A DNA stretch of 64,000 bases, from assembly GCA_002269645.1 (NCBI GenBank), contig NIVC01000254.1, positions 1 to 64,000 on the forward strand. The letters are read 5' to 3'. How positions within the stretch are numbered: position 1 is the stretch's first letter; each line of letters opens with the position of its first letter. The position numbers and the translations under genes are program-made. This stretch comes from Macrostomum lignano (Eukaryota). The notes under the pieces are model-generated. The model made no database searches. It was given only the letters and a program-made list of their open reading frames with translations, and was not told the origin of the DNA. Below, piece by piece: positions 15,150 to 26,329 of the stretch.

Positions 15150-16340
15150 AATCTTCGCGCGACATGTTTCGCCGAACAATCGGCATCTTCAGGCAAGGCA
15201 AGAATATAGTTTCAGAGAGACGGTAATTTTTTTAAAGTCTAGTAGGCCAAAAAGATTGTAAGTATGGGTAACCGAGTTAGATGGCCCTACATGTAAATAA
15301 GAGGCAAGCGCATGGGGTCAGAACACCCTTAGATGGACACTCGCCCCTCTACCACCAAGCTGGATGTTCATGGTGGGCTTTAGCTGTTTAATGTACCAAC
15401 GCCTCAAGAGTAGACAACTTCAAACTCTGGCGATTACGATCGATAATTTCAAATTTCTAAGCATTTCTAACTTTAGCACATTGATTGCACATCGGGAGGT
15501 GGTCGTACACAGCGCTAGCTCTTGTACGATGCTCCTTTAACCTTGTGTGTAGGTGCCTTTCGGTTTTACCTATGTAAAACCGGCGTTGGTCAGCAACGCA
15601 CGAGAATTTGTAGATAACTCCCGCACACAAGGTTTTCGGTACACTGCACTTGAGTCTTTGCACGTATTGCGACACCTTCGTAGTATAGAACACAGGGAAG
15701 ACCTTAGTGTTCATGTGGGTTATGACAGATGGCCGTTATTTTACGGCAGAACCTAAGGCTAGGCAGCCCAATGTGTGGCACTTGAATGATATTGGAACGG
15801 GAAACTCTGTCGTTCTTAACATTTTCCATGGTTTCGCGAATCAAACCAACCTTCCAAGAGTTGGGGCAAATAACACGGTAGTTGAGCATGAGCCCAGTAA
15901 ACGTTTTCTTGCGGTAAACAGACGTTTCGAGGTTGCGGCCATTGTGGCGAGCAGTGACATCGAGAAAGTTTAAAATTTTATCACCAATCTCAGCAGTGAA
16001 TTTAATGTTAGGATGGGTGTTGTTAATGACGTTCAGGACTTCCGTGTATGGGCTCCCTTTGGTGTTGAAGATAGTGAACGTGTCGTCCACATAGCGGTGG
16101 TACACCAGTGGGGCACATGGGCACTTCAGCCATTCAGCTTCCCAGTGGGCAAGGCAGAGGTTGGCAAGCGTTGGCTCAAGGGGACTACCCATAGCACAAC
16201 CGTCTATCTGCCGGTAGAGGTGCTCACGGTACATGAACAGGCCATTGGTACTAAACTTGAGCAGCTTACGGAAAATATCCTCACTAAAAGGAACTTGTAT
16301 AGGACAGTCCTCACTGCCTGTAGATACGTTTTCAGTGAGC
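15150..16340 (-). mobile_element. Penelope-like retroelement, 5'-truncated and frameshifted (RT + GIY-YIG endonuclease + 3' end)
   Basis: RT motifs YRQIDGCAMGSPL, YHRYVDDTF, LNFLDV, VYRKKTFTGL. Endonuclease GVIYKFSC..FYIGKTERHLHTRLKEH..HLPMCNQC; out-of-frame tail LKLSTLEAL..KPTMN..LRVF* ending ~15320. Confidence 0.92.
15155..15198 (-). ncRNA. Minimal type I hammerhead ribozyme motif at the Penelope 3' end
   Basis: Minus strand reads CUGAAGA-U-GCCGA(UUGU)UCGGC-GAAA-C(AU)G-UC. The core is intact, with a 5-bp stem II and palindromic ACAUGU stem III; stem I is short. Cleavage predicted between 15161 and 15160. Confidence 0.8.
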
Positions 16341-16489
16341 ACTGTCCTATACAAGTCTTGTATAGAAGTCTTGTTGAACTGATAAACGACACCAGCGCTG
16401 TACATTAAAGAGCATTCCCCCAACCTCAACACTTGCAACTCCGTCCGTGTCATCTTTAGTTCTGCTAAGGTTGGCAACTTTGTCGGTCG

Positions 16490-17075
16490 GTTGGAGTCAC
16501 GTGTTCCCTGTGCTCTTCGTGCTGGTGTCGTTTATCAGTTCAACTGCTCTGATGACCAGAGCGTCTCCTACGTGGGGAAGACAAAAAGGCACCTGCACAC
16601 TAGAATCAGGGAGCACTGGCTGAAACCGTCGGCTATCCAAAACCATCTCTTAGAGTGTAATAGTTGCTCCAACTGCAAACCCGAAGAGCGCTTCAAAGCC
16701 ATTGATCAATGCTCATTTGACTCCAAACTCCAGATACTTGAAGCGCTGTACATTAAAGCGCATTCCCCCAACCTCAACACTCAACTCCAACACAGTGGCG
16801 AGGGACATGTCCTCCGTGTGTTCTGAGGGAAGGGGCACTGGATGTACATTATTATACTTCTAACTATTTCGACTATCATTCCGTCCCTGGACTTTGCCTC
16901 TCGACTTCTGAACCAACAAACATGTACCAGTACTTTATATATACGAGTAAAATGTTGATTGAATTTACAACCCAAAATTTTGTATTTATTTCTTGCCGAT
17001 CTCACTCGTTTTTTTTCGCTCAAAAATAAACCTGAAGATGCACAATATCGTGCGAAAGGCGTCGTTAATTAAATG
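16490..17075 (+). mobile_element. Second Penelope-like fragment from a different subfamily: GIY-YIG endonuclease + 3' UTR
   Basis: ORF 16491-16826: GVVYQFNC..SYVGKTKRHLHTRIREH..HLLECNSC..LQILEALYIKAHSPNLN. Paralogous to, but clearly diverged from, the minus-strand endonuclease. Confidence 0.9.
17024..17070 (+). ncRNA. Minimal type I hammerhead ribozyme motif with one stem III mismatch
   Basis: AAUAAAC-CUGAAGA-U-GCAC(AAUAUC)GUGC-GAAA-G(GC)G-UC-GUUAAUU. Stem I pairs 6 of 7; G at 17058 replaces the usual C. Confidence 0.72.
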
Positions 17076-17139
17076 TTGATTTTCGCCTTCCTATGGTATT
17101 TATTCTACTCTAACCACCTCGACTAATTTACTCAGACGA

Positions 17140-17430
17140 TGTCTACTCATACCCAGTCTACTATTCTACTCAAGTCTACGCAGTCTACTCTTCTACTCTA
17201 CTCTACCCAGTCTACTCTTCTACTCCACTCTACCCAGTCTACCCTTCTATCTCTACTCTACCCAGTCTATTCTACTACTCCACTCTACCCAGTATACTTT
17301 TCTACTTTACTCTACCCAGTCTACTCTACTCTTCTATCTTTACTCTACCCAGTCTACTTTTTAATTCTCTATGTCTACTTCTAGCTTTACCCGATCTACT
17401 CTACTTATCTAAACCTATTATCTACTCTAG
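17140..17430. repeat. Degenerate CTACT/CTACCCAGT simple repeat
   Basis: Direct reading. Confidence 0.8.
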
Positions 17431-18025
17431 TAAGCCCACACAGAGAAACAAATAAAGACAGCAATATACTTGAGCAGCGATAATGTTACTTAGCGGCTTA
17501 AGCATCATCAATATTAGCAAAAGAACGCACAGCAGCGAACGCTGTCATATTTCATGTTTTCTTATTCATATTCTGTATATTAATGAGATAAGACAGCATA
17601 ATAATTAGTCTACGAATCAAACATGAAAGTGCGAGAAAAAAACGTTATTTCAATTATATATAAATTTCTATTAACAATTAGATGGATTTTAAATAGGCGC
17701 AACCAATTACTGAATACATCAGGTTTAAACAATTATACTAATTACTGTATAGAACAAAGATAAGAGCAGTGGGCATAAATGGGCGGGTCATGCATTGAGA
17801 AGATGGGGTTACAGGCTAAAGGGATTCAGATATTAAATGCGATAACTGACTGCCTGTCTGCAGCGCTAGGCAAACTTTAATAATGCAGACAGATTAACAA
17901 CTCTTACTCGATAAGTTGCGCTTTGCAAAACTTGCAGTTGATAATTTCTTGGGAGCAATAGTAATTATATGACCAAATTAGATTTACTTAAAAACTGTTT
18001 AAATAGGGCTGCAGTGAAAATTAAA

Positions 18026-18700
18026 GTGACGATAGAGTGATCAGAGAGTGATAATAGAGTGATCATAAAGAGTCATATTAGAGTGATCAGCAGTGATTAG
18101 AGTGATCAGAGGGTGATAAAAGAGTGATCAGAAAGAGTGATATTGGAGTGACCAGAGAGTGATATTGGAGTGACCAGAGAGTGATATTAGAGTGATCAGA
18201 GAGTGATAAGAGAGTGATAATAGGGTGATCAGAGGGTGATCAGAGGGTGATAATAAAGTGATTAGAAAGAGTGATATTAGAGTGACCAGAGAGTGATATT
18301 AGAGTGATCAGAGAGTGATAATAGAGTAATAATAGAGTGATCAGAAAGAGTCATATTAGAGTGATCAGAGAGTGATATTAGAGTGATCAGAGAGTGATAA
18401 GAGAGTGATAATAGGGTGATCAGAGGGTGATCAGAGGGTGATAATAAAGTGATTAGAAAGAGTGATATTAGAGTGACCAGAGAGTGATATTAGAGTAATC
18501 AGAAAGAGTGAGAATAGTGACCAGAGAGTGATATTAGAGTGATCGGAAAGAGTGATATTAGAGAGACCAGAGAGTGATATTAGAGTGATAATAGAGTGAT
18601 AATATAGTGATCGGAAAGTGATATTAGAGTGACCAGAGGATGATAATAGAGTGACCAGAGGATGATAATAGTGACCAGAAAGAGTGATTAGAGAGTGAAG
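18026..18700. repeat. Degenerate 9-11-bp repeat (AGAGTGAT core)
   Basis: Direct reading. Confidence 0.9.
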
Positions 18701-19090
18701 AAGCCATAAATGAATATTTAAGCAAGCAAAGCAAGAAAGACAATTTGATTTACTAACTATGCAACTAATTACGATGTACTTTTACTATTATAATAATAAA
18801 AATCACAAGCCTTGGGCAAATCTTTAATTTTGAACAACAAATGACACACAGCACAGAATTAACAGGCAGCATAATACATATATTTTATCATCCATAACAT
18901 TAAAAAGGCACCAAAACACACATTATTAGTAAGCAGTTTCGAAGCCAGATGCATATTTCCGAAACACACATTTGCCATAATTATTGAGTAGAAAAATAAA
19001 CGAGGCATACAGATAAGCCCTAGTCGAAGGTGGACTGACATTTACAACTACAAAAGCATTCGGTTTATATAATCTGTTTGCTTTTAGAAA

Positions 19091-21299
19091 TCATTTGAGC
19101 AGACACTTCTCAAAGTACTCTTCGCCAACGTAGCCGCCTCGCATAGATCTGAGCACATTCTGCTCAAACAGTCGCCTATTTGACTTCAACACCTCGGCCG
19201 CCTCTCGATTTAGTGGGTCGTCAGGATTTGGCTCCTGTAGGAGACATTGAATTGTTGCATACTAAACTATTTCTGCTGAATTTGTCTACTTAAAGTAGTC
19301 TGACGTGAAGGTTTTTATATATTTCTACTTTTTAGAATTTCAGGAAGCCTGTTAAATAGGGAATTTGATGTGAGCCTCTCACGGTGGGGATCTTAACTAA
19401 AGGGATCTAATATAAGGGATTTGAAATTTGGAACCTGACGCATGGCATTTAAAATATGGGATCCAACCATGGGATAATGGGATCTAGAATCAGAGATCTG
19501 AACATGGGATATAAAATGGGATTTAAAGTCCAGGATTTGAACGTGTGATCTAAAAAGGGATCCAAAATGAGAACTAAAATGGGATCTGAACATGGGATCT
19601 AAAATAAGATCTAAAATGGGATCTAAAATGGGATCTGAACATGGGATCTAAAATAAGATCTAAAATGGGATATAAAATGGGATCTAAACATGGGATCTAA
19701 AATAAGATCTAAAATGGGATCTAAAATGGGATCTAAAATGGGATCTGAACATGGGATCTAAAATAAGATCTAAAATGGGATCTAAAATGGGATCTGAACA
19801 TGGGATCTAAAATGGGGTCTGAAACATGGGATCTAGAATCAGGGATCTGAACATGGGATCAAAATCAGGGATCTGAAACATGGGATCTAGAATCAGGGAT
19901 CTTAACATAGGATCTAAAATCAGGAATCTGAACATGGGATCAAAATCAGGGATCTGAACATAGGATCTAAAATCAGGAATCTGAACATGGGATCAAAATC
20001 AGGGATCTGAACATAGGATCTAAAATCAGGAATCTGAACATGGGATCAAAATCAGGGATCTGAACATAGGATCTAAAATCAGGAATCTGAACATGGGATC
20101 AAAATCTCGGATCTGAAATGGGATCAAAATCAGGGATCTGAAATGGGATCCAAATCAGGGATCTGAAATGGGATCCAAATCAGGGATCTGAAATGGGATC
20201 AAAATCAGGGATCTGAAATGGGATCAAAATCAGGGATCTGAAATAGGATCAAAATCTGGGGTCTGAAACATGGGATCAAAATCAGGGATCTGAAACATGG
20301 GATCTAGAAAAAGGGATCTAAACATGGGATCTAAAATTAGGGACCTAAAATGGGATCAAAATCTGGGATCTGAAATGGGATCAAAATCTGGGATCTAAAA
20401 CCAGGGATCTGAAACATGGATCTAAAAATTAAGGAACTGAAATATGATATTTAAAACTGGGGATCTGGAACAGGCCGACAAAAAGTCACCTGGAACAGCA
20501 GTTGCAGGCCGTAGATGACAGAGTTGATTGACAGCACTGGTTTCCAGTCTTCGCGCAGCACATTGAGACACACATTGCCCTCCAAGTCGATATTGGGATG
20601 ATAGACTTTAGTTTCGCATTTCACTTTGGGCGCCTCGTGAGGATACTGATCGGTGACGTGAAAGTTAAAGATAAACAAACCGCCTTTGTAGAAGCCTTCG
20701 TCTGGTGCGATGGCCAATTTGAAGTTCATGAGGTCATTTGGATTTGGATAGGTCAGGCGGGTGCAGTGGTTCTTGGTGTCAATGTCCGACAGGTCTTGAG
20801 GGTGAGGTGAAATATTATTTACAATCAAATGAGTACATCATATAGTGCCGTATTATAGAATAGTTTTTAGTTTCGATCAACTTTCGTAAATGGTCAGAAG
20901 TCTGTCAAATAAAATTCAGGGTTCCACACAAACTTATCTTTAGACACTTGGTGGTTTCACAGACATTTCTTTTCAGAAACTTCATGGCAGGGTTTTGCTG
21001 GCACTTATCTCCAGGAACTTCAGGTTCCACTAGCACTTATCTTCACGAACTTCAGGTTCCACTGGCACTTATCTTCAGGAATATCAGGGTAGAGTTCCAC
21101 TGCTACTCATCTTAAGACATTTGGATATCCATTGCTACCTCTTTTAAAGCTTTAAGGGTTTACTGCTATTTTTAGCAAGATTTGGTGTATGATTGTCTTT
21201 ATTATTACCTTTTTGCACTCGCAAATAAGCTGGAGAACTTTTCGATGTAGATTTGTTAGAATTTTTGTTCTCCTGTGACTTCTTGTGCAAATTCAACAT
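19091..21299 (-). CDS. UBE2M: NEDD8-conjugating E2 enzyme Ubc12, complete, 179 aa; exons 21299-21209, 20794-20490, 19234-19091
   Basis: Exons of 91+305+144 bp total 540 bp in frame. [95 protein letters not shown]. Diagnostic Ubc12 motifs are present and the catalytic Cys is intact. Confidence 0.96.
19440..20465. repeat. GGGATCT(A/G)AA-based 11-12-bp minisatellite with higher-order blocks, in UBE2M intron 2
   Basis: Direct reading; reaches to ~25 bp from the donor at 20489. Confidence 0.92.
20960..21090. repeat. Short ~32-bp tandem repeat (CTGGCACTTATCTTCAGGAACTTCAGGTTCCA) in UBE2M intron 1
   Basis: Three to four imperfect copies. Confidence 0.7.
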
Positions 21300-21668
21300 G
21301 ATTTCTGGAACTGAGAGCATTGGTTGTAATCATTAAGTTTTTTAAGAAATTTTCTTTTTAATTTTTGTTACTTTATGCAGTACAAATGCAAGGGAAACAG
21401 AGGGTCATTGTAATATTTTTGCATGGTATGTTTTATATGGTATTTATTTATGTCAGAATGCTCATTAAAAACAAAAGTTACAATACATCTTTGTTGTTTT
21501 TTCTATAGTTTAAGTATTAAAAACTGCACAATACAATAGTTTTGAAACATTGCTACAAAAAACATAAAATTTATATTTTTAAGCCAAGCAAATGTGCATT
21601 GGTACACCTTTTGTTTTAGTCTTACTTTATGTAAAGATTTTTTTAATTCTATGCTTTTTGTAGAATGT

Positions 21669-21710
<42 letters not shown>

Positions 21711-22680
21711 GCAATGTGCATTGCTATATAGCCAGAGTAAAATTATTAAATTATTGTCATACTATCATAAATAAGAGACTAAAACTGAAATTTACCTTAT
21801 GTTGTACATAGAAATCATTCTGCACAATGGCATTTCATTGTATTAAATGTATTAGTTCCTAGTTTTGATTGTGTATTAATGTACACTAGGTTTAATGCTA
21901 GAAAAAATAACAAGACCGTGTGTGTATGCTGGGTTTGTATACCAATACAAAAATATTATCATTTGACACAATGTATCTAATGTGTTATATAGACTGGAAT
22001 ATACCATGATATACATTAAAAAATGGTAAGACCCTTTTTGTACACCATAGTCTGGAAGGTGGCCTTTACACTGGAAAATTCTACTGTATTTTTGCTCTTG
22101 CTGACAATTTTGGCATATACTTGGCATAGGGCCTATAGAATTTTTAGGTTTAACATTTTTTTACAATTTCAGTTACAATTTCAGTTACAATTACAGTTAC
22201 AATTTTACAACAACAGTTTCAACAATTTTTAAGTAACAAGTGTTACAAAGCTGGCATAAAAAATAGAAAAGTTTAGGGCTAAAATAATTGTATAGTTAAA
22301 TATTAACCAACTAAAGCTTTTCTATATATAATTGGTAACTAAGATAAAGAATATGAACACAATTTATTAGAAAAACAAAATTAAAACAAAGAATAACAGT
22401 TCTTAGCAAACAATAGCCATTTTCAAGTTTATTAAAGGTTTTAATTTTCTAAAAATATAAATAATAAAAAATTGGCATATAAACAACTTCAGGTTTAGCA
22501 TAAAGCCATAAAGGTTAAAGGTTAAAGGTTTAGCATAAAGGTTTAGCATAAATTTTTTTTAATTTTATATTGGTGTAAAATTGAAAATACATAAATTTTC
22601 ATTCCGGCATATGTCTGCCATGATCCAGACTATGGGTTGTACACCAAGAAATCCCAGCACATATGTTGCTTTTTAATTTA

Positions 22681-23169
22681 GGCCGTGCTTATTCCCACAG
22701 TACCGTAGGAATAATTTCTATCTTATTCTAATGGTACCGTGGGAATAATTTTCTGCTTATCCGCACGGCACACTGACGAGATAGCTACCATATCGTCTAC
22801 ATATATATGCTGTACGTGAATAGGCCTAGTTTATAGCTTTTTGAAAGGGAATTTGAATTGAGGATACTAAGAAGTTGTTGATCTGGATCAAAACTACCAC
22901 TAGCTTTTTTTGCATAAAAAGGCCATTAAATCTTTACTTCTATTAAACAAATTGTCAAGCAAAGTTATGTTGATATACTGCACTTAAAGTTAAACTGTAA
23001 CTTACAGTGTCAGTACAAAACTAAAATCTAAATTATTCCCACGGCATATGTAGAAGATGGGGCAGCTATCTTGTTAGTGTGCCATGCAGATAAGCAGAAA
23101 ATTATTCCCACGGTACCATTGGAATAAGACAGAAATTATTCCTATGGTACCGTGGGGATAAGCACTGCC
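22681..23169. mobile_element. Non-autonomous Mutator-like element (MITE)
   Basis: Imperfect ~130-bp TIRs beginning GG; 9-bp TSD TTTAATTTA at 22672-22680 and 23170-23178. Confidence 0.85.
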
Positions 23170-23613
23170 TTTAATTTATAGCATCTGTTTGGTAGAGTTG
23201 GTTTTTTGGTTTTGGTTAATTTGGTTGGACTTTTTTGATACCATAAACTAAATAAAATAAGATAGAAATTGAAACTATATTAAGATTATTAGGGCCTAAC
23301 TACTGAAAAACATGAACTAAAAATGTGACTAATTTTGCATTATTTTTATACTCCTTTTAAATACAAATTTTGCAAAGCAAGTAAAATTGTGAAAAAACTA
23401 CCAACCATAAAGTGCAAAGATGTAAAAATATACAAATACTAGTAAAAAACAACAAAAAATGGCTTCAAGTACAATGTTAATAGACCAAAGTTTTAGGCCT
23501 ACCCTAGCATAAAATTTTCCCATAGATAGGCTTTTTCCATATTTGTAGCCATTGCCATTGCCATCTACCAAAATTATTTCTGTAGGTAGCCTATTTTACC
23601 TGCACCTTCCAGT

Positions 23614-24486
23614 TAGGCATTCCAATCCCGGGATTTAGCCTCAAAACACAGGATTTCAATCCCAGGATTTATAGGACTTGAAATTTCGGGATTTATGATC
23701 CTCGGGATTATAACAGTGCAGGATTGGGATCCCGGGATTTTAAGGCTTCTAAAGGATTATCCCGGGATTGTTTCGGGATTCAAACTGATTTTAATTCTCT
23801 TTTTTCAACTAAAATAATCATGTAAAATTTAAAAAAAAAGATTCAACTTTAAAAAATATGAAATAATACAACTGCAGCCTGCATGTCTGTATCGAAATCA
23901 CATATAAAAAGCAGCAAAATTTGTTAGAGCAGTTTGTTAAGCAGAAATTTAATTTTTTTTCGTTTTCGTAAGGTGTAATTTAATTTCACATGTTCGTCAA
24001 TTGCGTGATGTCTAACACTGTAACGTGGCATTAAACATCACATTCACTTTGATACTTTACATTGATATTGCATAGCTAGCTATATAACCTATATTAAAAC
24101 AAGTTATTATTGTTGTAATCAATTATAATCAATTATCTTTTATGGATAAATATTATTTATTATTATCAAACAATTTTCTATTTCTACTTGTACAATAACT
24201 AAGCAAAGAGAAGTTTATTGCGTAAATATACCAGTTTGGACCATTAGTATCATTATAAATATCATAATTATACTTTGTGGTCGTGGTGGAAGCTGGATGC
24301 AGATGTTTCAATACATTTGATATCGGGATCCCGGGATTCCGGGATTTTTTTGAACTTCGAAGCGGGATCCCGGGATTACTCTCAGTCGGGATTTTCCGGG
24401 ATTAGTGATCCCGGGATTTTAAACCATCGGGATTTCAGGATTTCTCAATCCCGGGATTGTAAATTGTCGGGATTTTGGAAACCCTA
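23614..24486. mobile_element. Non-autonomous hAT-like element with many subterminal (ATCC)CGGGAT motifs
   Basis: TIR TAGGCATTCCA / TGGAAACCCTA; 8-bp TSD CTTCCAGT at 23606-23613 and 24493-24500, with an extra CATGTA between the right TIR and the TSD. Confidence 0.75.
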
Positions 24487-26329
24487 CATGTACTTCCAGT
24501 TCATTCGTCGGCCGACAATTCGTCTGCTGAGTGGACAAAATGCTCTTTCCTTCTAAAACTGTTCGTCTGCTGGGAAATGGAGTGGGTGGGACTAGGGAGC
24601 TGGGGGACTGGGGAGCTGCCTCTGTATGGACAACTTCTCTGTCCGTTAACATTGTTATAATAAAGCGCTGCATGTATAGGGGTCTATCATCATTTAAACA
24701 AACTATTTTACAATATATACCTAAAATAAGAAAGCTTAACGAAAAACAGTGGGATGGAACGGAAGCTGTTAAAAATTTGATGAAGATAAAAATATCGGCG
24801 AATAGTTATTCTCATTCAAAATTTCATGGACATGCAAGACATCTGTGTCGTTTGTAGAAAGGGTGTGAGCACTCGACAGCAAGCTTTGCAATGTGATGAT
24901 TGCAGTTAATGGCAGCACCGAATATGTGGTTCAGGCATAAGCCAAAAGGAGTATCCTCAGATTCTAGAAGACGACGCTTCATTTACGACAGATTTTCAGC
25001 TCTTTGGAAGGATTTATTGGGTTCACCGCCGGTTCACCGCCAAAACATAACAAAAATCACCCTCCTGATGTCCAGGGGCAACGCGCAGAGCCAAAAATCT
25101 AGGCGCAACTCTAGTTTTACTTGCGCTATTGATTATATATATTTTTAACCCTAAAGTTAAAAATCCGGTGAACCCAAGTGGCGGTGAAATCAGTAGTTAG
25201 TGGGCCTTTTCATATTGCTTGTTCTGGTTCCAGAACCATGCAGAACCAATTTGTGAAGTATAACTTTTTGTCTCCATAACTAGAGGGAGATACGTGCTAT
25301 AAAGTTTTTATTATTGAATGACAATCGCCAAGAAGAAAGTGAAAAATTGTGCTAAGTGAGGTTGTTAAGGCAGTCAAAAATTCAAAAGAATTAAATAGTT
25401 ATACTGCTGTTTTTCTTGGAAGATCCGAACCGATTCTGATTCTCTGGAATCGGTAATATGAAAAGCCTCAGTGTAAAAAAATAGTTCACTGGGTATTTTA
25501 GGAACTAGAACTGCGTGACTAACGAAAACAATTTTTATAATATTTGGGAGAACGATTTAAGCAGAAGATTTTGTTTTTAGAAAATTTTTATTGTTTTTTT
25601 AAACAAGAAATAAACGGAATAATTTCATTTATTTTTTCTACGGCATCTAGCTATTGCTAGAAAAAGCTGGAGACTAAAGTAAAGATGTACGTACAGCTTC
25701 AGACAAAAATCGACTCTGCAATTTCGATAATTTTTTTGCCTTTGATCGGCACCTAGCTGAATCTGAAGAGCTGGAGTGGGACAATTTCTCGGCTTTCATA
25801 GTCAAGTGGTTTGTTACGTTTAATTCCAAGGTTTAATCAGTGCATGCGATGGTGCATGGTGCTTATATTATCCGATCGCCTATATACTAAACACTGGAAA
25901 TGCATGAAGCTATTTTAAAGATTGATGTCCGCATAACTATAGTCTCATCCGAAGATGTTACACCTCAGAACCTATAGCTATCTTAACGAGTATAGGATCG
26001 TAATTCAGCTGAAAGTCCCAATAAAGAATAGATAGATAGCTAATACATAGATAGAAAGATGCTGAAGAAACGCGCTCGCAAAAAAGCTTATAGGGGCAGC
26101 AGGAAGTGCAGGCCTCAGGCGGGTGAGGTGGATGGCATAAGGTCACTAGCAAATAGTCTTTAGATCGAAGCGTCTCAATGCGCGCATGTCCGCGACGATA
26201 TGGGTCGCATGGCGGATTGAGCACGACGATCGCAAGGGGGTTCATTTCCCCGCGTCTGTAGCTGCGTAGTACGTATGGCCGTAAAGACGGTCTCTTACTG
26301 CGAAGACTCGATCAATTTATTGAATGTTG

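Noticed and set aside
21270-21299. Ubc12 N-terminus lacking the FSL of vertebrate MIKLFSL
   Set aside because: Yeast Ubc12 also lacks it (from memory), so it is within known variation.
25010-25200. GGTTCACCG / CGGTGAACC inverted motifs as a MITE
   Set aside because: The arms are rearranged and no TSD is identifiable.
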